A DNA stretch of 64,000 nucleotides from the NCBI GenBank assembly GCA_035084275.1, contig CM068744.1, forward strand, positions 42,656,001 through 42,720,000, in the 5' to 3' direction. Position 1 is the first letter of the stretch; each line of letters opens with the position of its first letter. This stretch comes from Hydrolagus colliei. Its lineage: Eukaryota. Of the stretch, positions 49,338 to 61,789 are shown in pieces. Position numbers and translations under genes: made by a program. The notes beneath the pieces are model-generated. The model ran no database searches. It was not told where the DNA came from and worked only from the letters and a program-made list of their open reading frames with translations.

Positions 49338-49923
49338 CAGTAGACCCTCGCCGAACGTGGGGGCTATGTTCCTGGAAAACAGCGCACACAGTAAAATCGC
49401 GTTTGGTAAGCTTAATAAGTAATTGGAAAAAAGAGGTTAGGGGAATCCATCTACAGGCTATCCAACCTCAAGCCTCCAGGCACATCCACACCCGACCAAC
49501 GCAAGGTACGTACTGAGGTGGGCTACAGCCGGCTGGCCCGCTCTCCCCACTCGTCACTCTCCCCGCTCTCACTCACTCACTGGAGACAATAAAACAGCAT
49601 CTTACACTACCACAGCTTGGCTAAATTGTTTTACCTTTGGTGCTGGAAGTGTTAGGAGACTCTCTCTGTCTCTCTCTGTCTCTTCTGTTTATGCCATCAG
49701 GTTGCTCCGAGGCCGAGGAATCATCAGACGTAGGCGGGAGGTGGCAGCGTCCTCCCAAGTGTGCATTGCGCGGGCCGACGTCCTACCAAATGCACATACG
49801 TGCAGGCCAAGCCAGTGCGTATACACAAATTTTACTCACGTTACGCAAAAAAGTGCCGCATTTATTTCTTCACGTATAGGCGAATCCGCGGTCGAGAAAG
49901 TCGCATTCAGCAAGGGTTGACTG
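49338..49923. mobile_element. Tigger-like MITE
   Basis: Imperfect TIRs CAGTAGACCCTCGC and CAGTCAACCCTTGC; TA flanks; absent from the paralogous site near 9466. Confidence 0.8.
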
Positions 49924-51334
49924 TATAGTGAGAAACTAAGAACCGTGGAAAAGCAAAGAGATATGGGTGCCTAAGTACATACTTCACTGAAAACAAGCTC
50001 ACTGGATACAAAATATTATCAAAAAGACTGATGTGATGTTGGCCTTTATCTTAAGGGGCTGGAGAATAAGGAACGTAAGAAGTAGGAGCAAGAGTAGGCC
50101 ATTCGGCCCCTCGAGTCTGCTCGGCCATTTAATAGGATCATGGCTGATCTTATACCCTAATTCCATTTACATGCCTTATCACCATATCCTTTAATCCGTC
50201 TATCATTAGAAATCTATTAATTTCAGTTTTTAATATAATAATATAATAATAATCCTTACATTTATATCGCGCTTTGCACATCTTATCGACGTCTCAAAGC
50301 GCTTCACAGAATACAACAATGTCCCAAGGTTGGGATCAGAGCAGGGGGGAGGGAGAAGAAAAGAGGGAAGAAAGGGGGGGAAAAGGTAGGGCCCAGAGCA
50401 GGGGCGGGAGGGGTCGTGGTTGGCAGAAGGAAAGTAGGAAAATTTACTGTATATTTGTGGGAGAAATGCGGCAGCCAAATTGCGCACAACAGTGTCCCAC
50501 AAACAGTCGTGGAAGTGGGGTTTGGGGAAAAAGGGGGAAAAGAGGGTAATGGGAGGGGCCGGGGTAGCGGGAAGGACAGCAGAAAAAACGACTGTATATT
50601 TGTGGGCCAATATGTTCAAGGACTGAGCAACCCAAAACTTCTGGGATAGAGAATTCCATAAAGTCACTACCCTCTGAGCAAAGAAGTGTTCCCTCAACTC
50701 TGTTCAAAATGGCTGACCCTGAATCTTGAGACGATGACTCCAAGTTTTGGATTCTCCAACCAGGGGAAACAGTCTCACACTGTTTACTTTGTAGTCAACC
50801 CCTCATTCCAGGAACCAACCTGGTGAATCTACGCTTCATTCCATCTCAGTAGAGTATGTCTTTACTTCAATTAGGAGACCAAAACTGCACACAATATTCT
50901 AGGTGTGGCTTCACCAAGGGACTATACAATTGCATCAAGACCTCCGTACACTTATACTCTAAGCTATTTGCAATGAATACCAACATGGCATTAGCCTTCC
51001 TAATTGCTTACTGTACCAGTGGATACTAACATGTTGTGACTGATGTACAAAGACACCCAAATCCTCCTGAACACTAACACTACCTAGACTCTCCCCCTCT
51101 AAAAAATAATCTGCTTTTCTATTTTTACTACGTCCTCCCGACGTCGTGCTGATGTGAAAAGCGCTATAGAAGTGTAATTTTTGAAGTTTTTGACTTTCGA
51201 AGTCAGAGAGGGAAGGTGCAGAGCTAGGGATTTGGGGAGAGAGTTTCAGAGCAGGAGCTCAGTGGTTGAAGGCTTGGCCACCAATGTGGGACAGGATAAG
51301 TAAGGAACCAGCAGTGGAGCAGAGTTTAAATGTG

Positions 51335-51740
51335 TGTCAGTCTGGCTCAGTGGTCGCGCTCTCATCTCTGAATCAAAGACTGTGAGTTCAAGCCCCACGT
51401 CAAGACTTGGAATCACAGTCTAAGCTAAGGCTCCAGTGCAGAGCTGGGGGTTGTTTCATTGTGGGAGGTGCTGTCCTTCGTATGAGATGTTAAACCCAGG
51501 TCCCGTCTGCCTGTTCAGGTGGATATTAAAGATCCCGCAGTGCTATTGCAAACAGATGGAGTTTCTCTCTCTCTCTGTGGCATGGCCAACAAGTCCTCAA
51601 ATAAAATTGGTAATTCACTTCATGGGTATGTGTGGGACACTGAGGCGCACAAATTAGCTGCTGTGTTTCCCCCACAAAACACACAGTATTTCATGTGAAG
51701 GGTTTTGAGACGTGATAAGGCATTGTATCAAATACAAGAA
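51335..51740 (+). mobile_element. tRNA/DeuSINE-like element (SacSINE1/AmnSINE-type body)
   Basis: GGCTCAGTGG head and GAGATGTTAAACC..CAGGTGGATATTAAAGATCCC core; a related copy lies at 13020-13290 (-). Confidence 0.65.
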
Positions 51741-52699
51741 AATTATTATTATGTAGCTCATCATTTACATATAAAATACAGGAGATATCAGCACTGGTTC
51801 AGGTCAGACACCGGGACGCATTTCTCCATTCACCATCCCTCCATCTCACCATCCCTCCATCCTCACTATCACTCCATTCTCACCATTCTTCCAACCTCAC
51901 CATCCCTCCAACCTCACCATCCCTCCATCCCCAGTATCACTCACTCCCTCTATCCCACTAGCGATAGACAAGCATTTATCTGTGATGTCTCCTTTCTCTA
52001 GTGTTTTCTCTCTCTAAACCTCTCTGCCTTCCTTCAAAACACCATTAAATTCTCTCTGTGTGGCTGTGCCTTTGATCAGGGTATCAGAGAGAATGGGCTA
52101 ACTTTTTCACAGCAACACTGACCATAAGTGTTCAAACACCTTCTAATTTGGTGCTTGGTGTAACTGAGTGAGGTCAGGTTTGTGCTGAGGGGAAGCTTGC
52201 ACACTAACATATGCAAAATGTAAACTACAATATGCAGTTTGTTGAATGGTTTACACAACCTCTTGTCAATCCTAATAGAAAGGTTGGAGTCATTCAGCAG
52301 GGAGGAGAGGACAGTGAACTATTAGGTCCCAGTCACACAGTCCTGTAGCTCTGTGGTTAGATCAGTTGCCTGACAAGTGGTAGGACCTTCGTATGATTAG
52401 CCAGGGCAATACCTTAGGCAAGTTTCCTTGTTATGCACACACACACCTCGGTTTTCCAACAGTAAATAGGAGCCTGGTTCTGAGTCGATTGGCGGATTTC
52501 TTTCCAGAGTTAATAATCCCTGTTGTGTGTAATTGGCTGCCATGTTTCACTCACAAAATAGATTCAATTCACTCTACAGTATATTCGGTGAAGGTGCTTT
52601 GAGATGTCTCAAAGACATGAAAAGGAACTTTTTTGTTTTGTGAAGGACTTTGAGACAATAGGATATAAAATAGCATTTGTAAAGTGCCTTTGACATCAG

Positions 52700-55600
52700 A
52701 AGGATGTTCCAAGGCCCCGAACAGCAATGGATAAGTACCCAAGGCGGGGGTGGGGTGGGGGGTGGTATAGGATTAGGGAGCAGTGGAAGATGGAAGGTAG
52801 GAGGGTGGGGGGAGGAGAATGCGGGGTAGGATCGAGGCTAAAAGAACTGTTGAGGACAAGGTTCTTGTTGTACCTTGAAAGAGGCAAAGGGAATGTGGGA
52901 TGGAGTTCCAGAGTGTGGGGATAGAGAGGCTGAAGGCCTGACCACCAATGGTGGGAATTAACCAAACTGAAGGTTTTATGACAAATCTTGGAGCCTGGTG
53001 CGGGAGAGGAAATGTAGAGATCATCGACAACAACAACATGCATTTATATAGCACCGTCCATGCAGGTCGACATCTCAGAGCACTTCACAGTGGCAGAACC
53101 CGAGGCTGAGCCAGGGGGAAGGGGAAGATGACCATAAGCGCGGTTGAAGGGAAATGTCTTCAGGGGCGACCTGAAGATGGGAAAGGAGAGGGCAAGACAT
53201 AATGGTTGTAGAAGGGAGTTCCAAAGTTTTGGGGAATAGTGGCTGAAGGTACGGCTGCCGATGGTGGAGCAGATGATTCAGCGACAAAGAGGAGGCCATA
53301 CCTAGTAGAGCGCAGGAAGCGGGTACTGCTATGAAAAAGGAGGAGGTTAGAGAGGTGGCGTGGGGGGATGCAGAAGAGTGGAGGGATTTAAACACTCGAG
53401 TGAGGATCTTGATGTTGATGCCCTCTCTGACAGAGAACCATTGCAGTTTGGCAAGGACTGGGGTAATCGGGGTTTCAAGTTTGGTGCAGGTGAGAATGTG
53501 GCAGTGGAGTTTTGGATGAGCTTAATTTTGTGGATGGTGGCGGAGGGGAGACGAGTGAGGAGAGAATTGGAGTTGTCCAGCCGAGAGGTGAGAAAGGCAT
53601 CGATCAGGGTTTCAGCGGCTTATGGGGTGAGATATTAATAATGAGTTACTACTACTAATAATAATCCTTGCATTTGATATAGTGCTTTTCATGTCTTTTC
53701 ATGTCTCAAAGCATTTCACAGAATATACAGCACTGTAATGTGAATTGACTATATATATGTGGGCAAAACACGACAGCTAATCACGCACAGGAGTGTCCCA
53801 CAAACAGTCATGGATAGAAATGACTGATTTTATTATTGTGTTTTTTATGGAGGGATTATGATTAGGTGTGTGGAGTAAGGAAACTAGCCCAAGGTTTCGC
53901 CCTGACCAGGCAGACAGGCGATTGAGCCTGATGTGTAAGTTGCACATGGGTTCGGAGAGTTTTAAGGACAGGTCAGGTAGGTTGAGGACATCGGAACTAT
54001 GGGACAGAGGCGTTGATAGGAGTCAAAGAGTATGGCTTCCATCTTGTTGATGTTTAACTACAGGAAATTTGCACTCATCCAGCTCTTGATGTCTGACTGA
54101 CAAGCTGACAGAACATCAGGGGACTGGGTCACAACAGGAGGTGCAAATGTAGAGTTGGGTGTCATCCGTATACACGTGGAAGTTAACCCCATGTCTGTGG
54201 ATGACATCAATGAGCGGGAGCATGTAGCTGAGGCAGAGAAGGGGGACAAGGATGGATCCTTTGGATTCACCACAGATGACTGCGCGTAAACGAGAAAACC
54301 ATTAGCAGAGATGTAGAGCTGGTGGTTTGTGAGGTAGGACTTGCACCTAGTGAGTGCAGTCCAACTGACTTGGATGATGGAGGACAGTGGAGGAGGATAA
54401 TGTGATCGACTGTGTCGAATGTGGTGGAGAGATCCAGGAGGACAAGGAGGCAGAGGGAGACCTGGTCATAGATAGAGAGGGCATTGTTTGGACACAAGCA
54501 CTGTCTCTGTACTGTGGGCATGGAGAAAGCTGGCCTGGAGGGGTTTAGCTAGAGTATGGAGGGAGAGGTGTGTGAGAGGTTGATTGAAGATGAGAACGCA
54601 AGATTGGCAAGAATGTGTTCCAGAGCTTTAGTAAGGATGGGCAGGTTTGCAATCGGGCATGAGTGGCTGAGGTTGGAGGGATTGAGGGTAGATTTTTCAA
54701 GGTGTGGAGTGATGCTGGTTGTTTTGAAGGGGAGTGGGACTGATCCCAAGGAGAGGGACTGGTTAATGCCAGCAGTGGGCAGAGGAGGAGGAGCTGGGTG
54801 ATCATCAATTGGGTGAGGAGGGCGTGAAGGTAACAAGTAGTGGGATTCATTGAGATGATGGTGGATGAGAGGGAGAGAGGAAGGAGAGATGGGGGAATAA
54901 ATGTAGAAGATGGTGCTGTGATAGGAGTTGTGGGCAGGGTGGGAGAGGGAGAGGAATGGGGGAGTGGGTGAACCGTGAGGCTGGTTTTTGCCATGTTCGC
55001 TCGAGCAGCCAGGTTTGGGATTTTAGGGAGCAGAGATAGCTGATGTACCAGGGGGAACTGGTGGGTTTGGAGATGATCCTGGATTCCAGGGGAAGGAGGG
55101 AATTGAAGATGAAGGAGGGCTGATCATGGAGCAGGGCAGGGGGTGTGGTGGGAGGTGTAGCCAGGAGTGAAGGCAACAAGGGGGACAAGGTCACTGGGGA
55201 CAGGGTCACTGCGGGACAAAGTTACTGGGAGATGGTGTCACTGGGGGAGTGGGGTCACTGGGGGGACGGGGTCACTGGAGAGTGGGTCACCAGGGGACGG
55301 AGTCACTGGAGGGGTGGGGTCTCTGGGGATGGGGTCATTGCAGGACAGAGTTACTGGGGGATGGTGTCACTGGGGGAGCGGTGTCACCAGAGATGGGGTC
55401 ACTGGGGACGAGGTCACTGGGCAGGGTATCTGGGGAATGGGATCACTGGGGGATGGGGTCACTGGGCGAGAGCCAGGTGTTGGTAACCGCAAGAATATTG
55501 ATGTGCTGATCCAGGATGTGGCCATGGATAGTGAGGCCTGATTGGAGAGGGAGCGGACATTTTGTAGGGAAATGCGGATGGGTTGGCTGGTGGGGGAGTG

Positions 55601-56215
55601 GAGGAGAGGTTGGTATAGAAAGGATTTGGGGACATGTGGGAGAGTTATCTGTGGAGTGTGAGGAGAGGGGAGAGTTGGGGAGGGTATGTATGAGGGAAGG
55701 GAAGTGGTATTTGCCTTTTGGAGGCAGTTTGTGTGGAGAGAGTGAACGATGGGACAGTTGGGGTGGCTGCTCTGGTACAAATCATCCAGAGGATCCAATT
55801 CAAGATCCTGGTCGTCACATTTAAAGCCCTCGACAATGTCGCCCCACCCTGCATCTGTGACCTCCCATCCCTTTACCATCTGCCCGGACCGTCTGCACAG
55901 CAGGCTCTGGCTTCTTCCACGTCCTCTGAGCCATCCGCCCCACCATTGGTGGACAAGCCTTTAGCCACTCTGCCCCCAACCTCTGGAACTCCAACCCTCA
56001 GTCCCTCCACCTCGCCACCTCCCTGGTCTCCTTCAAGTCCTGCCTTAAGACTCTCCTATTCGATGGTCCCATCAGCAACTCCTAATCTCCCTGTTCCCTT
56101 CCCCCCACCCCTGTGCCCAGCTCGGGTCAGACACAGTAACTGTCCAGCGACTTGGGAAATCCTCCTGATGTGAAAGGCACGATTCAAGTGTAATTTTGTT
56201 GTTGTTGTTGTTCAA
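52700..56215. mobile_element. Degenerate L2 fragments, including the endonuclease N-terminus and an internal minisatellite (55170-55470)
   Basis: ORFs 54058, 54267, 54549, 55367 (LQNVRSLSN) and 55718. Confidence 0.8.
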
Positions 56216-58789
56216 AATGGTTAAATTGACCAAACCAGCTGCTGGTTTATATTATATATTATGTCCATCAAAAGGTACCCAAGTGTTGTTGTATGCTTTC
56301 CAGTTCCATATCACCCACAACTACCCATCTTCCCATAATTAGTTAATTGTTTAGAATTGTTAAACTTGATCTTCCTTGTTTAGACTGGAATATGATTCAC
56401 AACTTCAAGTTACAATTTCTTCAGATTCTGTCAAATCAATCTCCATTTATACAGTTCATTAGGTGACCTTTCACCTACTGTCTTTTGCAAGATGGTTCCT
56501 TTGTAAAAACAAATGCAACACAGCTCCCTCTCCAGTTGCAGACCATGTTTCCTGAGAAAATGACTGATAAGAACTGAGAACAGTTTGTTGTTTATAAATA
56601 GCTTTTGTTTCTCCTCCTTGAAAATTGAGAAATGATTGTATTCAAAGCTCCTTATAACCAGCTCCCCTCATATGAAATCGATCATATGCCTCAGATATAC
56701 ATATATACATCACAAATATCATTTAAGATATTATTTAACACATTAATTACAGAAATTCTACACATTGTCAAGAGGTTCATCGGATGTGTAAACCATTGCA
56801 CAAACTCCATGTATTATTTTACATTTTGTATGTGTTAGTCTGAAAGCTTCCCCTCAGCACAAACCTGACCTCACTCAGTTACACCAAGCACCAAATTAGA
56901 AGGTGTTTGAAGAGTTGTGGTTACTGTTGCTGCGACAAGTCATCCAATTCTCTCTGATACATTGATCAAAGGCACAGTCACACAAAGAGAGAATTTAATG
57001 GTGTTTTGAAGGAAGGCAGAGAAGATTAGAGAGAGAGAACACTAGAGAAAGGGGACATTATAGCTGAATGCTTGTCTATCACTCATGGTACAGAGGGAGT
57101 GAGCGATAGTGAGGATGGAGGGATGGTGAGGGATGATGATTGGAGTTAATCCTAGGTTTAACATCTCATCCGAAGGACGCCACCTCCTACAATGAAACAC
57201 CCCCAGCGCTGCACTGGAGCCTCGGCTTAGATTGTGATTCCAAGTCCTGACATTAAATAAACAATTGTTTATTTAAAAGTAGAATAAGAACATTAAAGTT
57301 TAAGGTTGTAAAGAATAAGATTTCAAGTATAAGAATTTGTGAAGTACTACACAGGAAAGTAAAGTATAAGATTTTAGAGTATGTATTGATAAAAAAAATA
57401 TTATTTAATACAATTGTTTTAAATGTTTAACTATGTTATGCTACAACAGATAATTGAAAGTCACAGACCAGACAGTCGAAAACCAAATGTATATTGATAA
57501 AAAAAATTGATTAAAAAATTAAATGTAGAGACTTACGTTCGAAAATTCAAAAAAGTCAGGCATATTTTTTTTAATTAACCTGACTGAGAATCCGTTTTTT
57601 TAATACGTAAAAACACATAAAATTGAAATGAAAACAATTTGGATTTGATGTTCCAATAACACCACTTGTTCTGATTAAAAAGAATTTTTTTCACCTGACA
57701 AAATGTCAGGTGAAAAAAACAAACAAATTTTAAGCAATTGCTACCTGAATTTACGGTCTCTAATGGGGTATGTTGCGACCCTTTGAATGAGTATTTGGGG
57801 AAGGCCAAAAGTCACAACATGAGTTTGAGGCCACTCTGCATATTATTGATAGCCTCCCTAACTATTCTTTACAAAGAGCAATCCGAACAGTCACAATACT
57901 CCTAATTGAAAGTTTTTCCCCGAAGGAAGTTGTGACTGTACGGTCCTTAAGAAAACTTGAGCTCAATGTGTTACCTTTTTTTGTGTGTAAAAGATGTGTA
58001 AAAAAATGTTTGTACCTGTATATGGTTTAGCTTGAATGAGCAGTAATTAAAAAAAGAAAGCAAATTGAAGAGAAGCTTTTGTTGTATGGTTTATGTAATG
58101 TATGCATTTAAAGAGGACAATGGTGGGTCTGACTTTGCTCTGGACGCAGAGTATAGCCAGATTTCATCCATGTTCCATAGGTTTGGATTATTTAAAAAGT
58201 ACCGGACCGTGATAGGTCTGACTTTTCTCTGGACGCAGAGTATAAGCCAGATACTACCCATGTTCCATATGTACTGAATAATAGCACAGTAAAAATACAA
58301 CCAATAATTTGGAATATTTGACGCAAGAACGAAGCGATAAAGTAGAGTAAACTTTGAAGATATAAGATCTTTTTTAAAAAAAGCCTGATATATTTTATGT
58401 ATCATTTATTTTGTGTATTCCAGCATTTACTTAAAATGTTTGTAGAAATTAAATATGGATAAATTAGCTTGAGGCAGTTAACTTGCAGCAGTTAGAATTT
58501 ACTGCAGCCATTGACTGTGGGCAGTTTAAATTCACTGACTGCAGGCACTCTGGTTTATGTGGACAAAATGACTTTACGTAACCCTTTGGTTTCCACATCA
58601 GCTGAAAGTGTTTCTGTAGGTAATGATAATGTCATGTTAACAACTGAAAATGTTTAAAGAAACGTGAGATTTCACCTTGTAATTTAGTTCTTACAGATAC
58701 TGGCAAGAATGGCATTCCATGCAGCCACTTCTTCTGGGATAACTTATACTTTTCACTCCAACTCCTTACAGGATGGAACCCCAGTCTGT

Positions 58790-58970
58790 ATGAAGAAACT
58801 GGTTCCTCCTAAATCTGCCCAAGCCTGTGAACTAATTGCCCTTGCTGAGGCTTGTAAACACGCTGTGGGAAAACCGGTTACCATATATACTGACTCTCGC
58901 TATGCCTTTGGCGTAGTTCATGATTTTGGTAGTTTGTGGGAGAACCGTGGATTTCTAACTTCATCCGGTC
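58790..58970 (+). mobile_element. Endogenous retrovirus (class I-like) RNase H fragment
   Basis: SAQACELIALAEAC..GKPVTIYTDSRYAFGVVHDFGSLWENRGFLTSSG in ORF 58709-59059. Confidence 0.85.
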
Positions 58971-59578
58971 ATCCCATCCTCGTCGCCAAATGTGAAACTG
59001 GTTCGTCTCGGTACTTTGGTTGGTGGTTCTGTTCACAAATATGTGACTCGGGTGTGTAGTTCAACAAGTTTATTCAGCATTTGCAAAGCGGTGTACACCT
59101 TAGGTACAGACTCTCGTCCGTCTACTCCAAGTGTACACATAGAGCAACCTTTACATGGGTAGTTATACATTTTTCGCCACATGACTCATGCCGGGCTACA
59201 AACAACATGGTTTTGCAACTGCATCATAAAAGTCAATGAGACATAAGCCAGCTATAGCGTACAATAATAAGATATGCCTAGAGCTTTCTAATAACAAGAT
59301 AGGCCTCGGAGCCTCGAAGCCTGGAGCTTACAATAATATCATAGCCTTGTAGTGAAATATGATAAACAAGCCTAGAGCTTTCTATGCAACAACAAGGCAG
59401 TATAGGCGTCAGTTTGGTCAAACAACCGAACAATGGTATGTCCTAAAAATCATAACATCGCTCCTGTTTTCCTCTTATTGCTAAACAGGCTCATGAGTGC
59501 TGACCAAAGGTTAAGGAAAGCATAGTGCAGATTTGCAGATAACTAGTATGCGTACAAGTCAGACGAGCTGACTTCTCA
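58971..59578 (-). mobile_element. LTR (~590 bp) followed by a tRNA-Ser-type primer-binding site
   Basis: Minus strand reads TG...AATAAA...TTTCACA, then TT and TGGCGACGAGGATGGGAT. The 5' boundary is inferred from an interrupted SINE. Confidence 0.7.
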
Positions 59579-59920
59579 ACTTGATCTCACAGCCTTTGAC
59601 TCAGACGAGAACGCGACCACTGAGCCAGACTGACACATAGTTAAACTCTGCTCCACTGCTGGTTCCTCACTCCCTCTGTCCCGCATTGGTGGCCAAGCCT
59701 TCAACCACTGAGCTGCTGCTCTGAAACTCTCTCCCCAAATCCCTAGCTCTGCACCTTCTCTCTCTGACTTCAAAACTCTCTTAAACTGTATGTATTGTGA
59801 CTGGGACCTTGAGTTTCCCTCTTCCCCTCCCTGCTCGGTGCCCCCGGCCTTTCTGTAAAACTTTGTGAGAGGTTCTCAGAAAAACCCTCCGTGGCATCTC
59901 TCTGGCCTACTGAGTGAGAA

Positions 59921-61789
59921 TGTTGTGATATCTCTGGGACTACAAGTATCACACACAGTTCACGCTCTAATGTTCTGGAAAATTACTGCACACATGTGGC
60001 TTATTTACATTTGTATACACTGGTCACTAGATGGCACTATCACAGCTCCTCCCTCCTTAATGAAGAAGTTATGAAAAAGTTACAATTACTGACATTCAAA
60101 ACACGCTACTATATACAATTTATGTACATGCATACAATTTATACATACATACATACAATTTATGTATATTATCATGTTCAAACTGTGACACAAGCAATCA
60201 AAATTCAAACTTGACTACCTTTTTCCTACTTCTAACGGGATACCTTCCCTGTCCAAAAGTTTTAGGACTCATGGTAGCACTCTGACTTTTAGGACTCATG
60301 GTAGCACTCGGACTCACCATGTGTCGAGTCTGGTATTCATCTTGACTTTTACTCCTAGTCTCCAGTTCCTCAGTCAGGCTCTGTTGACTATCACCTGGAA
60401 CTAAACCCTCACCTTCATTCACACTTGAATTCTGGTTTTCTGTTGAGTCCTCTATTACCATTACTGACTCATTTGTTGGTCTAAAACTATTTGGTTCATT
60501 AGATTTATTTTCTCTCCACTCTTCCTGTACTTGTGAAGGTAAGATATGATCAATATGAACAAATCTGAGTTTGCCACTTTCAAACATCCTGACCAAGTAG
60601 GTGGACCAAGCAGGTCCACATACTTTCACTTTCACTACTCTTCCTGGTACCCACTTTACCCATTTGCGATGATGGTTCTTTTTTGGTTTAACTCCAGCTT
60701 TCTGTCTTTCACCCTACCTCTATCATGGTTCTCTCTCTGTCTCTCCTGTTTTCCTTTTACTGTTTATGCTGTTGGGTTTTAACAATGAAAACCTTTTTCT
60801 CGGGTGTCATTTTAGGAACAACTCAGCTGGTGTTCTGCCTGTAGTGGTGTGAGGTGTGTTACGATACGTTATCAGAAAGTTGGCTAGTTTGTGAGGCAAT
60901 AATAATTGACTTTTCCTTGGGTTTGCATCTAGCATTTGCTTAACTAGTGCGCGTTTGACAATTTGCACTGTGCGCTCTGCAGCACCATTCGAAGCTGGAT
61001 GGTATGCAGGTACTCTAGTGTGCTTCACACCATTATTTTTCATGCAATGCGCGAACTCTTCTGAACAGAACTGTGGTCCGTTGTCAGACACGATTTCCTC
61101 TGGAAATCCATATGAAGCAAACAACCCTCTCAAAATATCCAAAGTTTTGCTAAATGTTGTTGTGTTCATTGGAAACACCTCAACCCACTTGCAATGAATA
61201 TCTATCACAATGAACAACTGCTGTCCATTTAGATCTGCAAAATCTATGTGTAACCTTTGCCACACTCTGGCTGGCCATTACCATGACTGTAGTGGTGCTG
61301 GTAGTGGACTCCTTCCAACCGACTCACATACCCTAACTGTTTTACTGTGTTTTCAATATCTTTATCCAACCCTGGCCACTATAGGTAGCTTCCAGCTAGA
61401 CTCTTGGTCAGACACATCCCTAGTGTTGATCATGAAGATCACCTAACAACTGTACTCTGTACCTTTCAGGGATTACCACTCTAGCTCCCCACATGACACA
61501 TCTTTAGTCATTTGACAATTCATGTCTCCTAACAATGTATGGCCTAATTTCTTCTTCTGTCTCAGTTATATGACTAGGCCACCCACTGACAATATAGTCA
61601 TGCACCTTGGATACAAGTTGCACCCTGTCCCTATGCGTTGCCTTGCTGATGTCACTTGATGTGACGGGCAGCTCTTCAATATGGGAAAAATAGAACACAT
61701 CTTTCCTGTTGGGTTTCATTTCTGATGTTAAGGGTAACTTCGACATTGCATCGGCATTACCATGGTCTGCTGACCTACGGTATTGTATG
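59921..61789 (-). mobile_element. Gypsy/Ty3 LTR retrotransposon 3' part: RNase H end, integrase, PPT and a short 3' LTR (~59924-60044)
   Basis: HGNADAMSKLP; WQRLHIDF..IVSDNGPQF..YHPASNGAAER; PPT AAGGAGGGAGGAG; LTR with TGTGATA..TATCACA ends. Confidence 0.9.
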
